This document shows positions 12,688 through 23,973 of a stretch of DNA of 64,000 nt, piece after piece (position 1 is the stretch's first letter; each line of letters opens with the position of its first letter). The notes under the pieces are model-generated. The model saw only the letters and a program-made list of their open reading frames with translations, had not been told where the DNA came from and did no database searches. A program made the translations under genes and the position numbers. The stretch is from Candidatus Moraniibacteriota bacterium (GTDB lineage: Bacteria > Patescibacteriota > Minisyncoccia > Moranbacterales > GCA-2747515). The stretch spans positions 81,535 to 145,534 of the forward strand of contig JALVQA010000006.1 of the NCBI GenBank assembly GCA_027031495.1. Reading direction: 5' to 3'.

Positions 12688-12939
12688 ATGAAAAAATATA
12701 TAAAAAAACAACTATTAACTGCAAGTTTTGTTGCAGTACTTGTTCTCTTAATGATAGTAGTAAATCTATCAAGGCTAATAGAGATTCTTTATGGTTTTAT
12801 TATCACAGTGTTTATTGAATTTCTACAATTTAATATTCACACAATCATTTTTATTATTTTTCTTGCGTTTATTCTTAAAGGCATTCATTTATGGTGGCGT
12901 CGTTATAAAGTGGACCATGACAAGATGTCAATGCAATAA
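12688..12939 (+). CDS. Small hypothetical membrane protein
   Basis: 83 aa, two hydrophobic segments, AT-rich. Confidence 0.45.
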   Translation: MKKYIKKQLLTASFVAVLVLLMIVVNLSRLIEILYGFIITVFIEFLQFNIHTIIFIIFLAFILKGIHLWWRRYKVDHDKMSMQ

Positions 12940-13050
12940 AGTTATTTTTTTGCTTTGTTTTCATTTTAAGAGTGTATGCATTTTTCTAATATAAAAGAGG
13001 ACAGTTAAAATAACTGTCCTCGTGTAATCTTTTTTGTAATGCTCTGGTGT

Positions 13051-13590
13051 TTATGTCCTTATAACTTTATGCACGAGACCATAGTAATGAGCATTACGCA
13101 CGTCTAATGTTGCTTCGTCATTCATGAGGCGCAGTACTCCATCTGTGGTGAGGCGTGTGCGATCAGCGCACCAACGTACAAGCGCGCACTCAGTTTCCTC
13201 ACCTTTTGCAATCAATTTTTCTAAGAACTCTATTGACCCTTGATACATCTCGCCAACACTCTTCAACAGAGCCAAACTTGCTCGCAAGTGAGGAATTGTG
13301 TAATTATTATTTGTGAAAATTCGATGAAAGAAGAATGTCGTTCTCGGTGTGGCGTAACGCTCATTTGCACACAAGTATACAAATACTGCTAACGAATCAA
13401 TAGAATGACCAGCTAGCGCCGTAAAAAGTCTCTGCTTTGTTGCGTTAGCAAATACGGGGAAGTTATTGCAGATACCTCCGTTTGATGATATATATAGACC
13501 ATCATGCGTATTTTTTTGGAGCGCACGTAGTACATCAAGTATATCATGCACATGCATTTCGCCTGTGACTTCGTACAAGTTTTTAAACAT
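13051..13590 (-). CDS. Divergent ClpP/crotonase-fold protease-like protein
   Basis: LYISSNGG, IDSLA (nucleophile position), FFFH, YGLVHKVI; AAGGAG RBS. Confidence 0.7.
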   Translation of the reverse strand: MFKNLYEVTGEMHVHDILDVLRALQKNTHDGLYISSNGGICNNFPVFANATKQRLFTALAGHSIDSLAVFVYLCANERYATPRTTFFFHRIFTNNNYTIPHLRASLALLKSVGEMYQGSIEFLEKLIAKGEETECALVRWCADRTRLTTDGVLRLMNDEATLDVRNAHYYGLVHKVIRT

Positions 13591-14324
13591 CTGATTTCTC
13601 CTTTGTTGTGTTGAATGCTACTTTATTAAATATCTATATAATAATTTTGTCAAGAACAGAGATGTTATCTTATAGAGAATGAGCCGTAAAAAAACCATTC
13701 CGCTATGGAGTGGTTTTTTTATAAACCAAAGGTCTTATTTCTTGACAACAACCGTGTGTGCGATTTTGTCGTGCCACCACTGCTTTTTAGCATTGAAACC
13801 GGTTCAGAAGAAGCCGAGTGCGTACACCTATTATATTTGAGACAGGAAAGTGAGATTATATTGATACTTTGAACAATGCCTGCGCAGCGCAGGTATCTAA
13901 GGAATATCACTCGTTTTTTACAAATGAACAGGGCGATGGCACTTTGTTATACACGATTAAAGAACCAGGTACCGTACATTCTTTATGTCATGTCTCCTAT
14001 GATGGTAAGAGGTAATATGTTGTGCAATAAAAAATTTTTAAAGTAGGTGCAAATTTGACATACTCTATATATTACTATCAATTACGTTGAGCTTGTCTGC
14101 TTATTGATCTGTCCTGGCATCATTGTTGGTATAGATATGCCTTGAGAAATATGTTTTGCTGAGACAAAATTAATAGTCAAAATTGACGTATGCTCTACAC
14201 ACGGATTGCGTGGGGCGTTTTTTATAAATTGACATGTTAATTATTTTATGCGATTATACTATTATTAAATATCACATGATAGCACCTCGCAGACGGGGCT
14301 TTTCTTTTTGATAATGCGAGATGT

Positions 14325-15590
14325 ATGATAAAGAAACAGGGACGGCAAAAGAAGAAAGTGACACTGTCAGTACGCAATGCCAAGAAGGTGCATGAAACAT
14401 TTGCGCCGAATGGTGTTGTTAACAGTTTTGGTGCGAAGAACTACGCGTGGAAGCCGCGTGGTAAGAAGGCGCGCAAGAAAAAGATGCGGAATGTTTTGAC
14501 ACCAAAAGACTGTGTCAAGAACGTCCGCACGGAGGATCTTGCGGCTTTTGCGCCAACGCACACGTTTGCGGACTTTGGGCTTGATGCGCGCCTGCTGGCA
14601 AATGTGCCGTATGCGCAACCGTTGCCGATTCAGGACCGCGCGATCGGGCCGATTTTGGAAGGGCGCGATGTCATCGGTCTGGCGCAAACGGGCACGGGCA
14701 AAACGGCGGCGTTTCTCCTGCCACTGCTCACACTGGTGATGAGAGCGCCGCGGCGTGAGCGCGTGCTTGTCATGACGCCGACGCGCGAGTTGGCGCAGCA
14801 GATCCACGAAGCGCTTGATACATTTGCAGCGGGTACTGACGTGCGCAGTGCGCTGGTTGTTGGTGGGGCAAATGTGCGCGTGCAGGAGAGGGCTCTTACG
14901 CACAATCCGCACTTTGTTATTGGTACGCCGGGCCGTCTCCATGATCTCGTGGAACGGGGTGTGCTGGCGCTTGGTGATATAACGCGTGTGGTCATTGACG
15001 AAGTGGATCGCATGATGGATATGGGCTTTATAAAGGAAGTGAAGTATCTACTCGCGCATATGCCACAGCGCGTGCAGACACTGCTATTTAGCGCAACACT
15101 GCGCAAAGAAATGCGTCAGGTGGCAAAGGCGTTTCAAACTAATCCCAAGACAATTGCCATCACACCGCGCCCAACAGCGCTGAGTGTGCAGCAAGATTTG
15201 CAGTATGTTGATCCTGGTGATGATAAAATGGAAATCTTGCATGACGCGCTGATTGCGCCGGATGTGACGCGCGCGATTGTGTTTGTGCGTACGAAATATG
15301 ATGCACTGGAAGTGTGTGCTGAGCTTGTTGATCGTGGTTTTCGCGCCGGTGTTGTGCAGGGGGATCTCTCTCACGGTGCACGTAAGCGTGTCGTGAAACA
15401 GTTTCGTGATGGTATAATAGATGTACTGGTAGCGACAGATCTTGTGGCGCGGGGTATTGATGTGCCGGATGTCTCACATGTTATCAATTATGACGTACCG
15501 GATACGTATGATGATTATGTCCACCGCATCGGACGCACGGGTCGTGCTGGCAAAATCGGGTATGCACTGACGCTGTGGGAGCGTGAATAG
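14325..15590 (+). CDS. DEAD-box RNA helicase (RhlE-like)
   Basis: AQTGTGKT, PTRELA, TPGRL, DEVD, SAT, ARGID, HRIGRTGRAG. Confidence 0.96.
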   Translation: MIKKQGRQKKKVTLSVRNAKKVHETFAPNGVVNSFGAKNYAWKPRGKKARKKKMRNVLTPKDCVKNVRTEDLAAFAPTHTFADFGLDARLLANVPYAQPLPIQDRAIGPILEGRDVIGLAQTGTGKTAAFLLPLLTLVMRAPRRERVLVMTPTRELAQQIHEALDTFAAGTDVRSALVVGGANVRVQERALTHNPHFVIGTPGRLHDLVERGVLALGDITRVVIDEVDRMMDMGFIKEVKYLLAHMPQRVQTLLFSATLRKEMRQVAKAFQTNPKTIAITPRPTALSVQQDLQYVDPGDDKMEILHDALIAPDVTRAIVFVRTKYDALEVCAELVDRGFRAGVVQGDLSHGARKRVVKQFRDGIIDVLVATDLVARGIDVPDVSHVINYDVPDTYDDYVHRIGRTGRAGKIGYALTLWERE

Positions 15591-15596
15591 GGCAAA

Positions 15597-16862
15597 ATGA
15601 TTAAAGATATAGTTGCAAAAAGCATTATTGGTGTGATTGTTGGTGTCATGATGAGTGTGGTGGCAGCGATTTTTGCTGTGTATATGAAAGTGCAAAATGT
15701 ATCACGTGATAGTAATCCTCCTCAACAAGAAAAACAATTGCAAATGATGCAACATAGTGCCTCTTTATTGGATGAAGCGAAAGCTATTTTTGACGAAAAA
15801 AAAGAAAATGGCGGTAGTAAAAGTAATGAAATTGTGCGGAACATTCCTCATGAAGGACAACAAACAAAAATTTTTACGTGGACATATGATGGTAAAGCAT
15901 ACACAATTGCGATAGATCTGTATGATTCGCTCTATCATCACTACTTCACACATCAAAAAATCTTTAAATACAGCGGTGATTTACCATCTGATTGGAAAGA
16001 GAAATATCTTAAAATGTTTCTCTATGCAGCACCGGGCGACACAACGCTTGACGAACTGGCGCAGCGTTTATTGCGTATTGGACTAGCGCATGATCTCTCC
16101 GATGATCAAATTGTAGAACTCGTCGTTTCATTTGTGCAGTCAATTCCTTATGATACACCAAAGAAAGAGCGTATCGCTGCTGGCGTGCGCCCAACAGAAG
16201 AGACACTTGTCTATCCATACGAGACACTCTATCAAAATACCGGTGTTTGCTCGGACAAGAGTGTGTTGCTGTATAGGTTATTGCATTCATTGGGATATGG
16301 TGTTGCACTTCTTGCATATGATCGTCAACAACACATGTCTGTCGGTATTCAGTGTCCGCAAGAGTATGCGAGTTATGAGAATGGTTACTGCTATATTGAA
16401 ACGACAAACACACTGCCAATCGGTGTTATTCCATCACTAAATGAGAATAGTAGACGGGCGGTTGCGCCGGTAGCACTTCTTGATGCACAACGACTTTCTG
16501 ATGATGTGCAGGTTTATTTTCCGACAAAGGGCAAGGTGTATACGGGCATTGTACGCACGCGAACGTATGTTGATGAACTTAATAATATAAGTGTTTCTAT
16601 TCAAGAACAGAAAGAAAAAATTGCCGCAAAGCGTGAAAAGATTAATCGCTTGAGTAAAACGCTCAATGAGTTAACACGCAAATTACAGAAATATAAGAAA
16701 GCACAGGAGTGGAATAAGTACAACGCGCATGTTGACGCTTATAACGACACGCTCAAAGAATACAAAGAGCGCATCAAAAAGATTAACAAGCGCATTGATG
16801 AATATAATGCTACAATTAGAAGGTACAATAATCTTTTGCGTAAATTAGTAAGTCACAATTGA
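15597..16862 (+). CDS. Membrane-anchored transglutaminase-like protein with C-terminal coiled coil
   Basis: FVQSIPY, YPYETL, GVCSDKS, HMSVG, YIETT (Cys-His-Glu pattern). Confidence 0.7.
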   Translation: MIKDIVAKSIIGVIVGVMMSVVAAIFAVYMKVQNVSRDSNPPQQEKQLQMMQHSASLLDEAKAIFDEKKENGGSKSNEIVRNIPHEGQQTKIFTWTYDGKAYTIAIDLYDSLYHHYFTHQKIFKYSGDLPSDWKEKYLKMFLYAAPGDTTLDELAQRLLRIGLAHDLSDDQIVELVVSFVQSIPYDTPKKERIAAGVRPTEETLVYPYETLYQNTGVCSDKSVLLYRLLHSLGYGVALLAYDRQQHMSVGIQCPQEYASYENGYCYIETTNTLPIGVIPSLNENSRRAVAPVALLDAQRLSDDVQVYFPTKGKVYTGIVRTRTYVDELNNISVSIQEQKEKIAAKREKINRLSKTLNELTRKLQKYKKAQEWNKYNAHVDAYNDTLKEYKERIKKINKRIDEYNATIRRYNNLLRKLVSHN

Positions 16863-16869
16863 TAGTACT

Positions 16870-17862
16870 ATGCTTGACGCTATTCTTTTCCTTATACTTA
16901 TCTTTCTTTCCGGCTTTTTCTCCAGTGCGGAGACGGCGTTTTTCTCACTCTCGCCGGCGCAGGCGCGTCTTTTAGAGAATCATAAGCTTTGGCGCGCACG
17001 TGCCGTGTGGCAGCTAAAATCGAAGCCAGAGGAATTGCTCACCACAATTCTTATTGGAAACAATATTGTTAATCTCTTCACAGCATCATACGCGACGGTT
17101 GTTGCAACGCGCTTTTTTGATTCAAGCGCCCTTGGTATTGCGACCGGCGCAACAACATTTTTCATTCTCGTTTTCGGTGAAATTGTGCCGAAGTCTTTAG
17201 CATATTCAAACAACCGTGCAATTGCACAATTTTCCGCGCCATTGCTCTATGCGCTGCGCATTGCACTATATCCGGCTGTGCGAGCATTGACGATATTTAG
17301 CGCGTATTTGCAAAAGCGCTTTGCAACTGGGGAGACAACAAATGTTACAGAAGCGGAAGTGCGCATGATGGCACGCATGAGTGTTGAGCATGGTGAGATG
17401 GATTATCGCGAGCGTGAAATGATTGAAAATGTTTTTCGTTTTGATGATATGACAGTACGTCAAGTTATGCGACCGCGCTACAAAATGGTGTTGCTCAACG
17501 GCATGGTCCCGGTGGAACAAATTGCGTATTTTGTTGGACATGATGGGCACTCACGCTATCCGGTTTATGTGGGTGACGAAGATAATATCATTGGCTATAT
17601 TCATGTCAATACATTGCTCAAAGCGCTCAAATCCGATGAACGTCACAAACTTGTCAAAGAATTTGTGCGTCCGATTGCCTCTGTGCCGGAAACACGCAAG
17701 ATTGAGCGCGTTTTCCGTGCGATGAAGCGAGATCGTGTGCACATGTACCTTGTACACAAAAAAGGCGCACCGTACGAAATCATCGGTCTTGTGACACTGG
17801 AAGACATCCTTGAAGAAATTGTTGGTGAGATTGAGGATGAAACAGATAATGTAGATGAATAA
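16870..17862 (+). CDS. CNNM (DUF21)-CBS membrane protein (TlyC/CorB-like)
   Basis: SGFFSSAETA, TILIGNN, FGEIVPK, HSRYPV, GLVTLEDILEEIVGEIEDE. Confidence 0.95.
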   Translation: MLDAILFLILIFLSGFFSSAETAFFSLSPAQARLLENHKLWRARAVWQLKSKPEELLTTILIGNNIVNLFTASYATVVATRFFDSSALGIATGATTFFILVFGEIVPKSLAYSNNRAIAQFSAPLLYALRIALYPAVRALTIFSAYLQKRFATGETTNVTEAEVRMMARMSVEHGEMDYREREMIENVFRFDDMTVRQVMRPRYKMVLLNGMVPVEQIAYFVGHDGHSRYPVYVGDEDNIIGYIHVNTLLKALKSDERHKLVKEFVRPIASVPETRKIERVFRAMKRDRVHMYLVHKKGAPYEIIGLVTLEDILEEIVGEIEDETDNVDE

Positions 17863-17897
17863 AACGAAAAAAACACCACGCATGCGTGGTGTTTTTT

Positions 17898-18045
17898 GAG
17901 AACCCTCAATGCAAAGAGGCGTATGGGTCCCATGAAATGAGATGTAGGAAAAATGATGACATATCTTTCCCTGGTGCTCCAGGTGGGTCCCATAACTCAT
18001 ACCGCAAAGGCGGTAGATTCTTCAGCCTCTTATTCTGAAGGTTCT
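17898..18045 (-). ncRNA. Candidate structured ncRNA of about 148 nt, possibly 6S-like
   Basis: GTGCTATAAT promoter just upstream; 5' AGAACCTTCA/AAGAGGC pairs with 3' GCCTCTT/TGAGGGTTCT; bidirectional terminator at 17867-17897. Confidence 0.5.
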
Positions 18046-18139
18046 TCTTCATTATAGCACATGTCTAGAAATATCGCCCTCAGTGACAAGGAGAGGTATA
18101 TGCTATAATAAAAGTACTTAATATTTTTCTACAAAACAT

Positions 18140-18352
18140 ATGACAAAAAACATTGGCATGATTGATCGCTTTGTACGTGTTGTGGTAGGGCTTGGCATTG
18201 TGTACTGGGCAGTGCGACATGGTTCGTGGTGGGGCATGATTGGTGTCGTGTTGTTGATAACAGCAGCAATGCAGTATTGCTGTCTCTACAAGCTTTTTGG
18301 TTTTAAAACCTGTGGCGCAAAGACGTGCGGCACTGTAAGAGAGAGGAAGTAA
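18140..18352 (+). CDS. DUF2892 (YgaP-like) membrane protein
   Basis: NIGMIDRFVR...CCLYKLFGFKTC pattern. Confidence 0.88.
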   Translation: MTKNIGMIDRFVRVVVGLGIVYWAVRHGSWWGMIGVVLLITAAMQYCCLYKLFGFKTCGAKTCGTVRERK

Positions 18353-18375
18353 GTGATTGTACACCGTGACATGTC

Positions 18376-19590
18376 GTGGTGTTTTTGCGTGTTCTTATGA
18401 AGTTATGGCTTATCAAATGCGGCAAAGTTCTTAATGCAATCAAACGCGACGGTCTTTGGCGCGGCCTCTCCAAAGCTTTGCACGGATTGTGGGCACTGGT
18501 GCGGACAATGTATGTACCGGCGGGGGACATATTGATTATCACATCTGGCATTGGCGACAGTGCGCGCTATCGTGCGCATCATGTAGCAGAAGAATTGCGT
18601 CACAGCGGTTTTCGTGTGAGTGTGACAGTGCAAGATAACCCCTTTTTGCCACGCTATGCGCAAAAGTTTTGCGTGTTTGTTTTTCATCGCGTGCTCTATA
18701 TGGGACGTGCACGCGTGCTCTATGACCGTGCAAAAGAACAGAAAAAGACAATCATTTTTGAAACGGACGATCTTGTCTATGATCCGCGTTACCTCGTTCA
18801 CATGGATTTCTACAACCACATGCAGGCATTTGAGCGTTTGCAGTATAAAGACGGCGTCGGTGGTGAGATGGTGCGCGATCCTTATGTAAAAGTTGCGACA
18901 ACGACAACATCATTCCTTGCACAGAAACTTCGTGAAGAAGGTAAGAAAGTGTTTATTGTGCCGAATAAATTATCTGACGAAGATGTTGCGCATGCTAAGC
19001 CACTTTTTGCACATCATGTAAAGATGTATGCACCACGTGACGAGATTATAATTGGTTACTTCAGCGGCGTGATTAGTCACAATAAAGATTTCGCAGTTCT
19101 TACACCTGTCTTGAAAGAACTTTTTAAGCGGTACGCGCATATCCGTGTTGCTATTTACGGGCCCCTAGATCTTGATGACGCACTTTGTGAATACAAGGAC
19201 CGTTTTGTGCAAAATACCTATGTGCCACGCGCGCAACACTTTGCCAACGTTGCTGCGGTTGACATCAATGTTGCGCCACTTGAGGTTGGTAATCCCTTTT
19301 GCGAGGCAAAGAGCGAGCTTAAATTTTTTGAGGCGGGGATTGTTGGTGTACCGACTGTTGCAAGTAAAACGCAAACATTTAATGAGGCAATCACGCAGGG
19401 CGTTGATGGCTTTGTGGCATACGATACCCACGAGTGGATTGAGTATCTCTCACTCCTTATTGACGATGCGACGCTGCGACGCAGCATTGGCACGGCGGCG
19501 CGCCAGACGGCGCTGCAGTACTACACAACACATACACATAACGAAGCATACGAAGCATTTTTGCGCACAAAAATTGCGGAGCATACGTAA
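18376..19590 (+). CDS. Glycosyltransferase (GT-B/GT4-like)
   Basis: SARYR, FETDDLV, IGYFSG, KSELKFFEAG...PTVAS. Confidence 0.88.
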   Translation: MVFLRVLMKLWLIKCGKVLNAIKRDGLWRGLSKALHGLWALVRTMYVPAGDILIITSGIGDSARYRAHHVAEELRHSGFRVSVTVQDNPFLPRYAQKFCVFVFHRVLYMGRARVLYDRAKEQKKTIIFETDDLVYDPRYLVHMDFYNHMQAFERLQYKDGVGGEMVRDPYVKVATTTTSFLAQKLREEGKKVFIVPNKLSDEDVAHAKPLFAHHVKMYAPRDEIIIGYFSGVISHNKDFAVLTPVLKELFKRYAHIRVAIYGPLDLDDALCEYKDRFVQNTYVPRAQHFANVAAVDINVAPLEVGNPFCEAKSELKFFEAGIVGVPTVASKTQTFNEAITQGVDGFVAYDTHEWIEYLSLLIDDATLRRSIGTAARQTALQYYTTHTHNEAYEAFLRTKIAEHT

Positions 19591-19640
19591 AAAATAGACA
19601 CGAGCACATTGACAGACATGCAAGAAAGATTTATACTATA

Positions 19641-19928
19641 ATGTCTTTTGTTTTTATGATGAAGAAAGAGATTATTACGCAAAATCTGAAGCGCTTGCAT
19701 GTACGGTTTTCTAAGTACGTGTCTGTACAGGGCGCGCGTACTTTTTGGCAAAAAATGCAAAAACTGTGCGCACAGAAAATGTGTGTGCGGTACGTTATTG
19801 CATTTATACTCTTTACGTGCGGCTTTGTTGGTGGCGTATGGGGCAAGATGCATGCGCGTGAAACAATTATGATCGGTCACGATGATTATTTGATTGTGTC
19901 TGACGATCCTACAGCTAAGGTAAAATAA
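19641..19928 (+). CDS. Hypothetical membrane protein
   Basis: One TM helix; abuts the next gene. Confidence 0.45.
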   Translation: MSFVFMMKKEIITQNLKRLHVRFSKYVSVQGARTFWQKMQKLCAQKMCVRYVIAFILFTCGFVGGVWGKMHARETIMIGHDDYLIVSDDPTAKVK

Positions 19929-19929
19929 C

Positions 19930-20967
19930 GTGAGAAATATGAGTAAAAAGTGTGCGCAAGAACTCGTGCGACTGCGTAAACAGAGGCAGAATTATATAGC
20001 GACAATTATTATTCTTGTCGGTGCTCTGTGTGGCAGTTTCTTTGTAGATGTAACACAGATGATACGCGGCAAGGGTTTCAGTGACCGTGCTGTGCGTACG
20101 ACGTCCATTATTTCATATGATGGGCGCACATGGGTTGCGTATGCAGAACCAATTGTGCCGTTGACGGTTGTTGCTGATACATCGTGTGAAGATTGTGATA
20201 TTGATGCACTTCTGGCATGGTTACAATACGCTGTACCGACTATTCGTCCACGCGTTGTAGACTATTCTTCGCAAGAAGGGGCAGCGCTTGTTGAGCGTTA
20301 CGGACTTACCTATGTGCCAAGCATCCTTTTTGGCAACACAATCACGCGCACACACTTCTTTGATGGTGCGCAAGATTTATTTGCCAAGCGTGACGGTGTA
20401 TATGTTTTTGATTTGCCACTCCTTGATATCGTGCCACTGAAGTATATACATGCGCCACGCGACACGCACTTGATCACCATAAGGGAATCTGGTGCACCGA
20501 AAGTGACAGTAACGATTGTGAGTGATTTTTCATGTAAGGCATGCAAGGAGATTTACGCAACCGTGCGTGCATATGAAAAGAAATATAAAGATATGCGTGT
20601 GCTGTTTGCTTATGTGCCAACCGGTCACGATGATGAGCGTGGAAAGCATGCAACGTATGCTGTCTATTGTGCGCAACAACAAGAGAAAGCTGAGTCATAT
20701 ATAGCATATCTTTTTGCCACACGTCACTTGTGGCGCAATAGAAATGACGATGTCATGTTTATCCGTGCGGCGCGCACTGTCGGAATAAAAGATGTCACTG
20801 CATTTAAGCAGTGCATGGAGAGTGATAATATTCATGCGCGCTACGATGCAATGGTGCATGATGTGCATGTATTGGGCTCCGTTGACGTACCGATGGTTTT
20901 TGTGAATGATCATGCTGTTGATGAAAATGCAAAGCTAGACGATATTTTACGCGATGCTCTTAAATAG
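19930..20967 (+). CDS. DsbA/thioredoxin-fold membrane-anchored protein
   Basis: CEDC and SDFSCKAC motifs, VPMVFVN cis-Pro-type loop. Confidence 0.8.
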   Translation: MRNMSKKCAQELVRLRKQRQNYIATIIILVGALCGSFFVDVTQMIRGKGFSDRAVRTTSIISYDGRTWVAYAEPIVPLTVVADTSCEDCDIDALLAWLQYAVPTIRPRVVDYSSQEGAALVERYGLTYVPSILFGNTITRTHFFDGAQDLFAKRDGVYVFDLPLLDIVPLKYIHAPRDTHLITIRESGAPKVTVTIVSDFSCKACKEIYATVRAYEKKYKDMRVLFAYVPTGHDDERGKHATYAVYCAQQQEKAESYIAYLFATRHLWRNRNDDVMFIRAARTVGIKDVTAFKQCMESDNIHARYDAMVHDVHVLGSVDVPMVFVNDHAVDENAKLDDILRDALK

Positions 20968-21137
20968 CAAATATATACCGTAGTCAAAGACTGGACAATG
21001 TTTGTAATGTATAGTACAATGGCTCCAAGAGACAGTTTAGTTAAAGCACTGTCTCTTTCCTTGTTGTGGGGAGAGGCATTGACTAAGAGGTCAAAATACA
21101 GTATCCTAGACGAAGTATTGGTAAATTATAGAAATAT

Positions 21138-21452
21138 ATGGTGGCAGTAATTAAAACAGGTGGCAAACAGTATCTTGTTGCTGAAGGTGATATTGTTTCT
21201 GTAGAAAAGTTAGACGGTGCACCGGATACAACAATAACATTTGATAATGTTTTGTTGTTGAGTGATGGCGCAGATATTACACTTGGCACGCCGACAGTAA
21301 AGGGTGCGCGTGTAGAAGCAAAGATTGTTGGGCAAGAGCGTGCAAAAAAGGTATGGGGCGTTAAGTACAAGCCAAAGAAGCGTTATCGCCTTACATTTGG
21401 GCACAAACAACCATTGACAAAGATAGAAATTGTCAAGATTATCGCAAAGTAG
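21138..21452 (+). CDS. rplU: 50S ribosomal protein L21
   Basis: AVIKTGGKQYLV...KPKKRY...GHKQPLT. Confidence 0.97.
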   Translation: MVAVIKTGGKQYLVAEGDIVSVEKLDGAPDTTITFDNVLLLSDGADITLGTPTVKGARVEAKIVGQERAKKVWGVKYKPKKRYRLTFGHKQPLTKIEIVKIIAK

Positions 21453-22423
21453 TACGTGATGCGTTGCGCAAAAACACTCCGTTATGCGGAGTGTTTTTGT
21501 ATGTTTGATAAAAAAATCTTTAAAAACACATCTTAATATGTTGACAAATTATCAGATTTGTACAACTCTCTGCTGAGCTTGAGAGCGAGACAGATCCTCT
21601 CCGCAAGGAGATTATTCGCCGTGATATAGAGGGTGAAAGAAGGCGTCTGAAATCCATAGAGGGCACTATCAACACGCTCGAGTGGAGTGTGCACGAAGTA
21701 GGTCCACCGATTGCGGAACAATTAAGAGGGGAAGAAATTATTGAGATCTTTGAGAGGGGGAATAGGATTTGTGAAGATCTCAAACTTACCATATCTGATA
21801 ATTCTGGCAAGCATGTTGTCAAAAGAATTATAATAAAATATCAGGGTAAAGTCTTCATTTGCCATGTGCAATACCACTACACATACACACCTGGTGGTGG
21901 AGAGCGAATTGACATTATGGAGTGTACGGACGACTCATCGTACCTTACGGACGATGAGTTAGCTGCCCTCGCAAAAAAAGGTAGGAATATGTCAAGCCGG
22001 GATGGGCATCGTTCGCATCCCGGTTTTTTAATAGGAGCAATGGCATTGTTACCAAAAAACCGCATGTGTGTTTCATGCGGTTTTAATATCTCCTTATCAT
22101 TTTTAAGGAGCCTTTTTTTCTCTTTCTACAATTCTAAGACGGTCTTCTTCAGAAAGATCGCTAGTCATATGATACGTACCATCATTTCCGCGCATCATGC
22201 CAACATCTTCAGCACTAAAGATATGCTCGTCAGTACGGTGCGATTTTTGAAACGGTGGTGTGCGTGTAGCAGCGCTTTTCCTGTACAAATATGCAAGAAA
22301 GTTTAGAACTTTACCCATCATTGATATACTCTACATAAAAGAACTACATACAGCATAACATATATACATAACAAAATGTGGTATCATAAGAAATAATTCA
22401 TAGAAGATTTTAGGAGAAAAATT

Positions 22424-23755
22424 ATGACACAGAGGAAAATACGCACACTTGCACAGACAGATCCGCAGATTGCGCACCTTATTGCAGCAGAAGCAAAGCG
22501 TCAAGAAGAAAGCATGGAACTCATTCCGTCAGAAAATATTACATCTGCAGCTGTGCGTGAAGCAATGGGTTCAATTTTGACCAACAAATATTCCGAAGGG
22601 TATCCGCATCAACGTTACTATGGGGGACAAGAGTATATTGATGCCATTGAAGATCTTGCACGTGAGCGTGCCAAGAAACTCTTTGGCGTGCCGTATGCCA
22701 ATGTGCAGCCCTACAGTGGTTCGCCGGCGAACCTTGCTGTCTATGTAGCAACGTGTCAGCCGGGAGATACGGTGATGGGGCAAGCATTGCCCGACGGTGG
22801 ACACCTCACACACGGTTGGAAGGCGAGCGCATCAGGACACTTCTACAACGCTGTGCAGTACCATGTGAATGCGCGCGGTCGGATTGATATGGAGGAGGTG
22901 GAAGCGCTTGCGCGTAAGCATAAACCGCGCCTTATTTGGGTTGGCACGTCGGCGTATCCGTGGAAACTTAACTATGCAGCATTTGCCAAAATTGCCAAAG
23001 AAGTGGGTGCGTATCTCGTGGCGGACACATCGCACATTACCGGGCTGATCATTGCTGGTGTGCACCCTTCACCGGTAAAATATGCCGATATTATCACCAC
23101 AACAACGCACAAGACCCTGCGCGGTCCACGTGGTGGGATAATCTTGGTTACAGACAAGGGGTTGAAAAAAGATCCGGCGCTTGGTGCGAAAATTGACAAG
23201 GCGATTTTTCCGATGCTCCAAGGCGGACCGCATGATCATCAAACGGCGGCAATTGCGGTGGCGCTCAAAGAGGCATCAACGGCGGCATTTCGCGCGTATG
23301 GCAAGAAAATTGCCACTAACGCGCAGGCACTTGCGCACGCGCTCATATCATATGGCGTGGATGTTGTCGGTGGCGGGACAGATACACACCTTCTTTTGAT
23401 TAACTGTGGCAATGGTCGCGGTGCGCTTGTAGAGTTGGCGCTGGATCGTGTTGGTATTACGGTAAATAAGAACACCATTCCGCAAGATCCGTCAAACCCA
23501 TTTTATCCTAGTGGCATTCGCATTGGCACACCGTCGGTGACCACGCGCGGGATGGGTGTGCGCGAGATGCGCAAGATCGCCACGTGGATTAAGGCGGTAA
23601 TGGATCTGATTGCCGATGAACAACTGCCACAGAACGCAAAGGAACGTGCGGTGTTTGTGACACAGTTTGACCGACGCATCGCACGCAATCGTGCGCTCAC
23701 AGCGATTCGCGCTGATGTGCGCGCATTGTGCAAGCGCTTTCCGGCACAGCGTTAG
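22424..23755 (+). CDS. glyA: Serine hydroxymethyltransferase
   Basis: LIPSEN, NKYSEGYP, GGHLTHG, TTTHKTLRGPRGG, SGIRIGTP. Confidence 0.98.
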   Translation: MTQRKIRTLAQTDPQIAHLIAAEAKRQEESMELIPSENITSAAVREAMGSILTNKYSEGYPHQRYYGGQEYIDAIEDLARERAKKLFGVPYANVQPYSGSPANLAVYVATCQPGDTVMGQALPDGGHLTHGWKASASGHFYNAVQYHVNARGRIDMEEVEALARKHKPRLIWVGTSAYPWKLNYAAFAKIAKEVGAYLVADTSHITGLIIAGVHPSPVKYADIITTTTHKTLRGPRGGIILVTDKGLKKDPALGAKIDKAIFPMLQGGPHDHQTAAIAVALKEASTAAFRAYGKKIATNAQALAHALISYGVDVVGGGTDTHLLLINCGNGRGALVELALDRVGITVNKNTIPQDPSNPFYPSGIRIGTPSVTTRGMGVREMRKIATWIKAVMDLIADEQLPQNAKERAVFVTQFDRRIARNRALTAIRADVRALCKRFPAQR

Positions 23756-23895
23756 CTATATGCAGGATGTGTACAGGGGGGGGTGGTGTATACCTTCGTG
23801 GATGTAAAAGGTACGAAGTATTGCATATTTTTGTAATTTTTGTTTAAATGTGTATAGATTGTTTTGTATTTGCTTTTACCGCACATACAAAAATC

Positions 23896-23968
23896 GCCAT
23901 CTTAGCTCAGTTGGTAGAGCAACGCACTCGTAACGCGTAGGTCGCCGGTTCAAGCCCGGCAGATGGCT
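23896..23968 (+). tRNA. tRNA-Thr (CGT)
   Basis: GCCATCT/AGATGGC acceptor, CTCGTAA loop, GGTTCAAGCCC. Confidence 0.93.
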
Positions 23969-23973
23969 CATTT

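Noticed and set aside
21520-22321. 205-aa ORF 21689-22306 and opposing short ORFs
   Set aside because: No clear start or motifs, and the 3' part crosses a terminator-like hairpin; possibly decayed genes but cannot be supported
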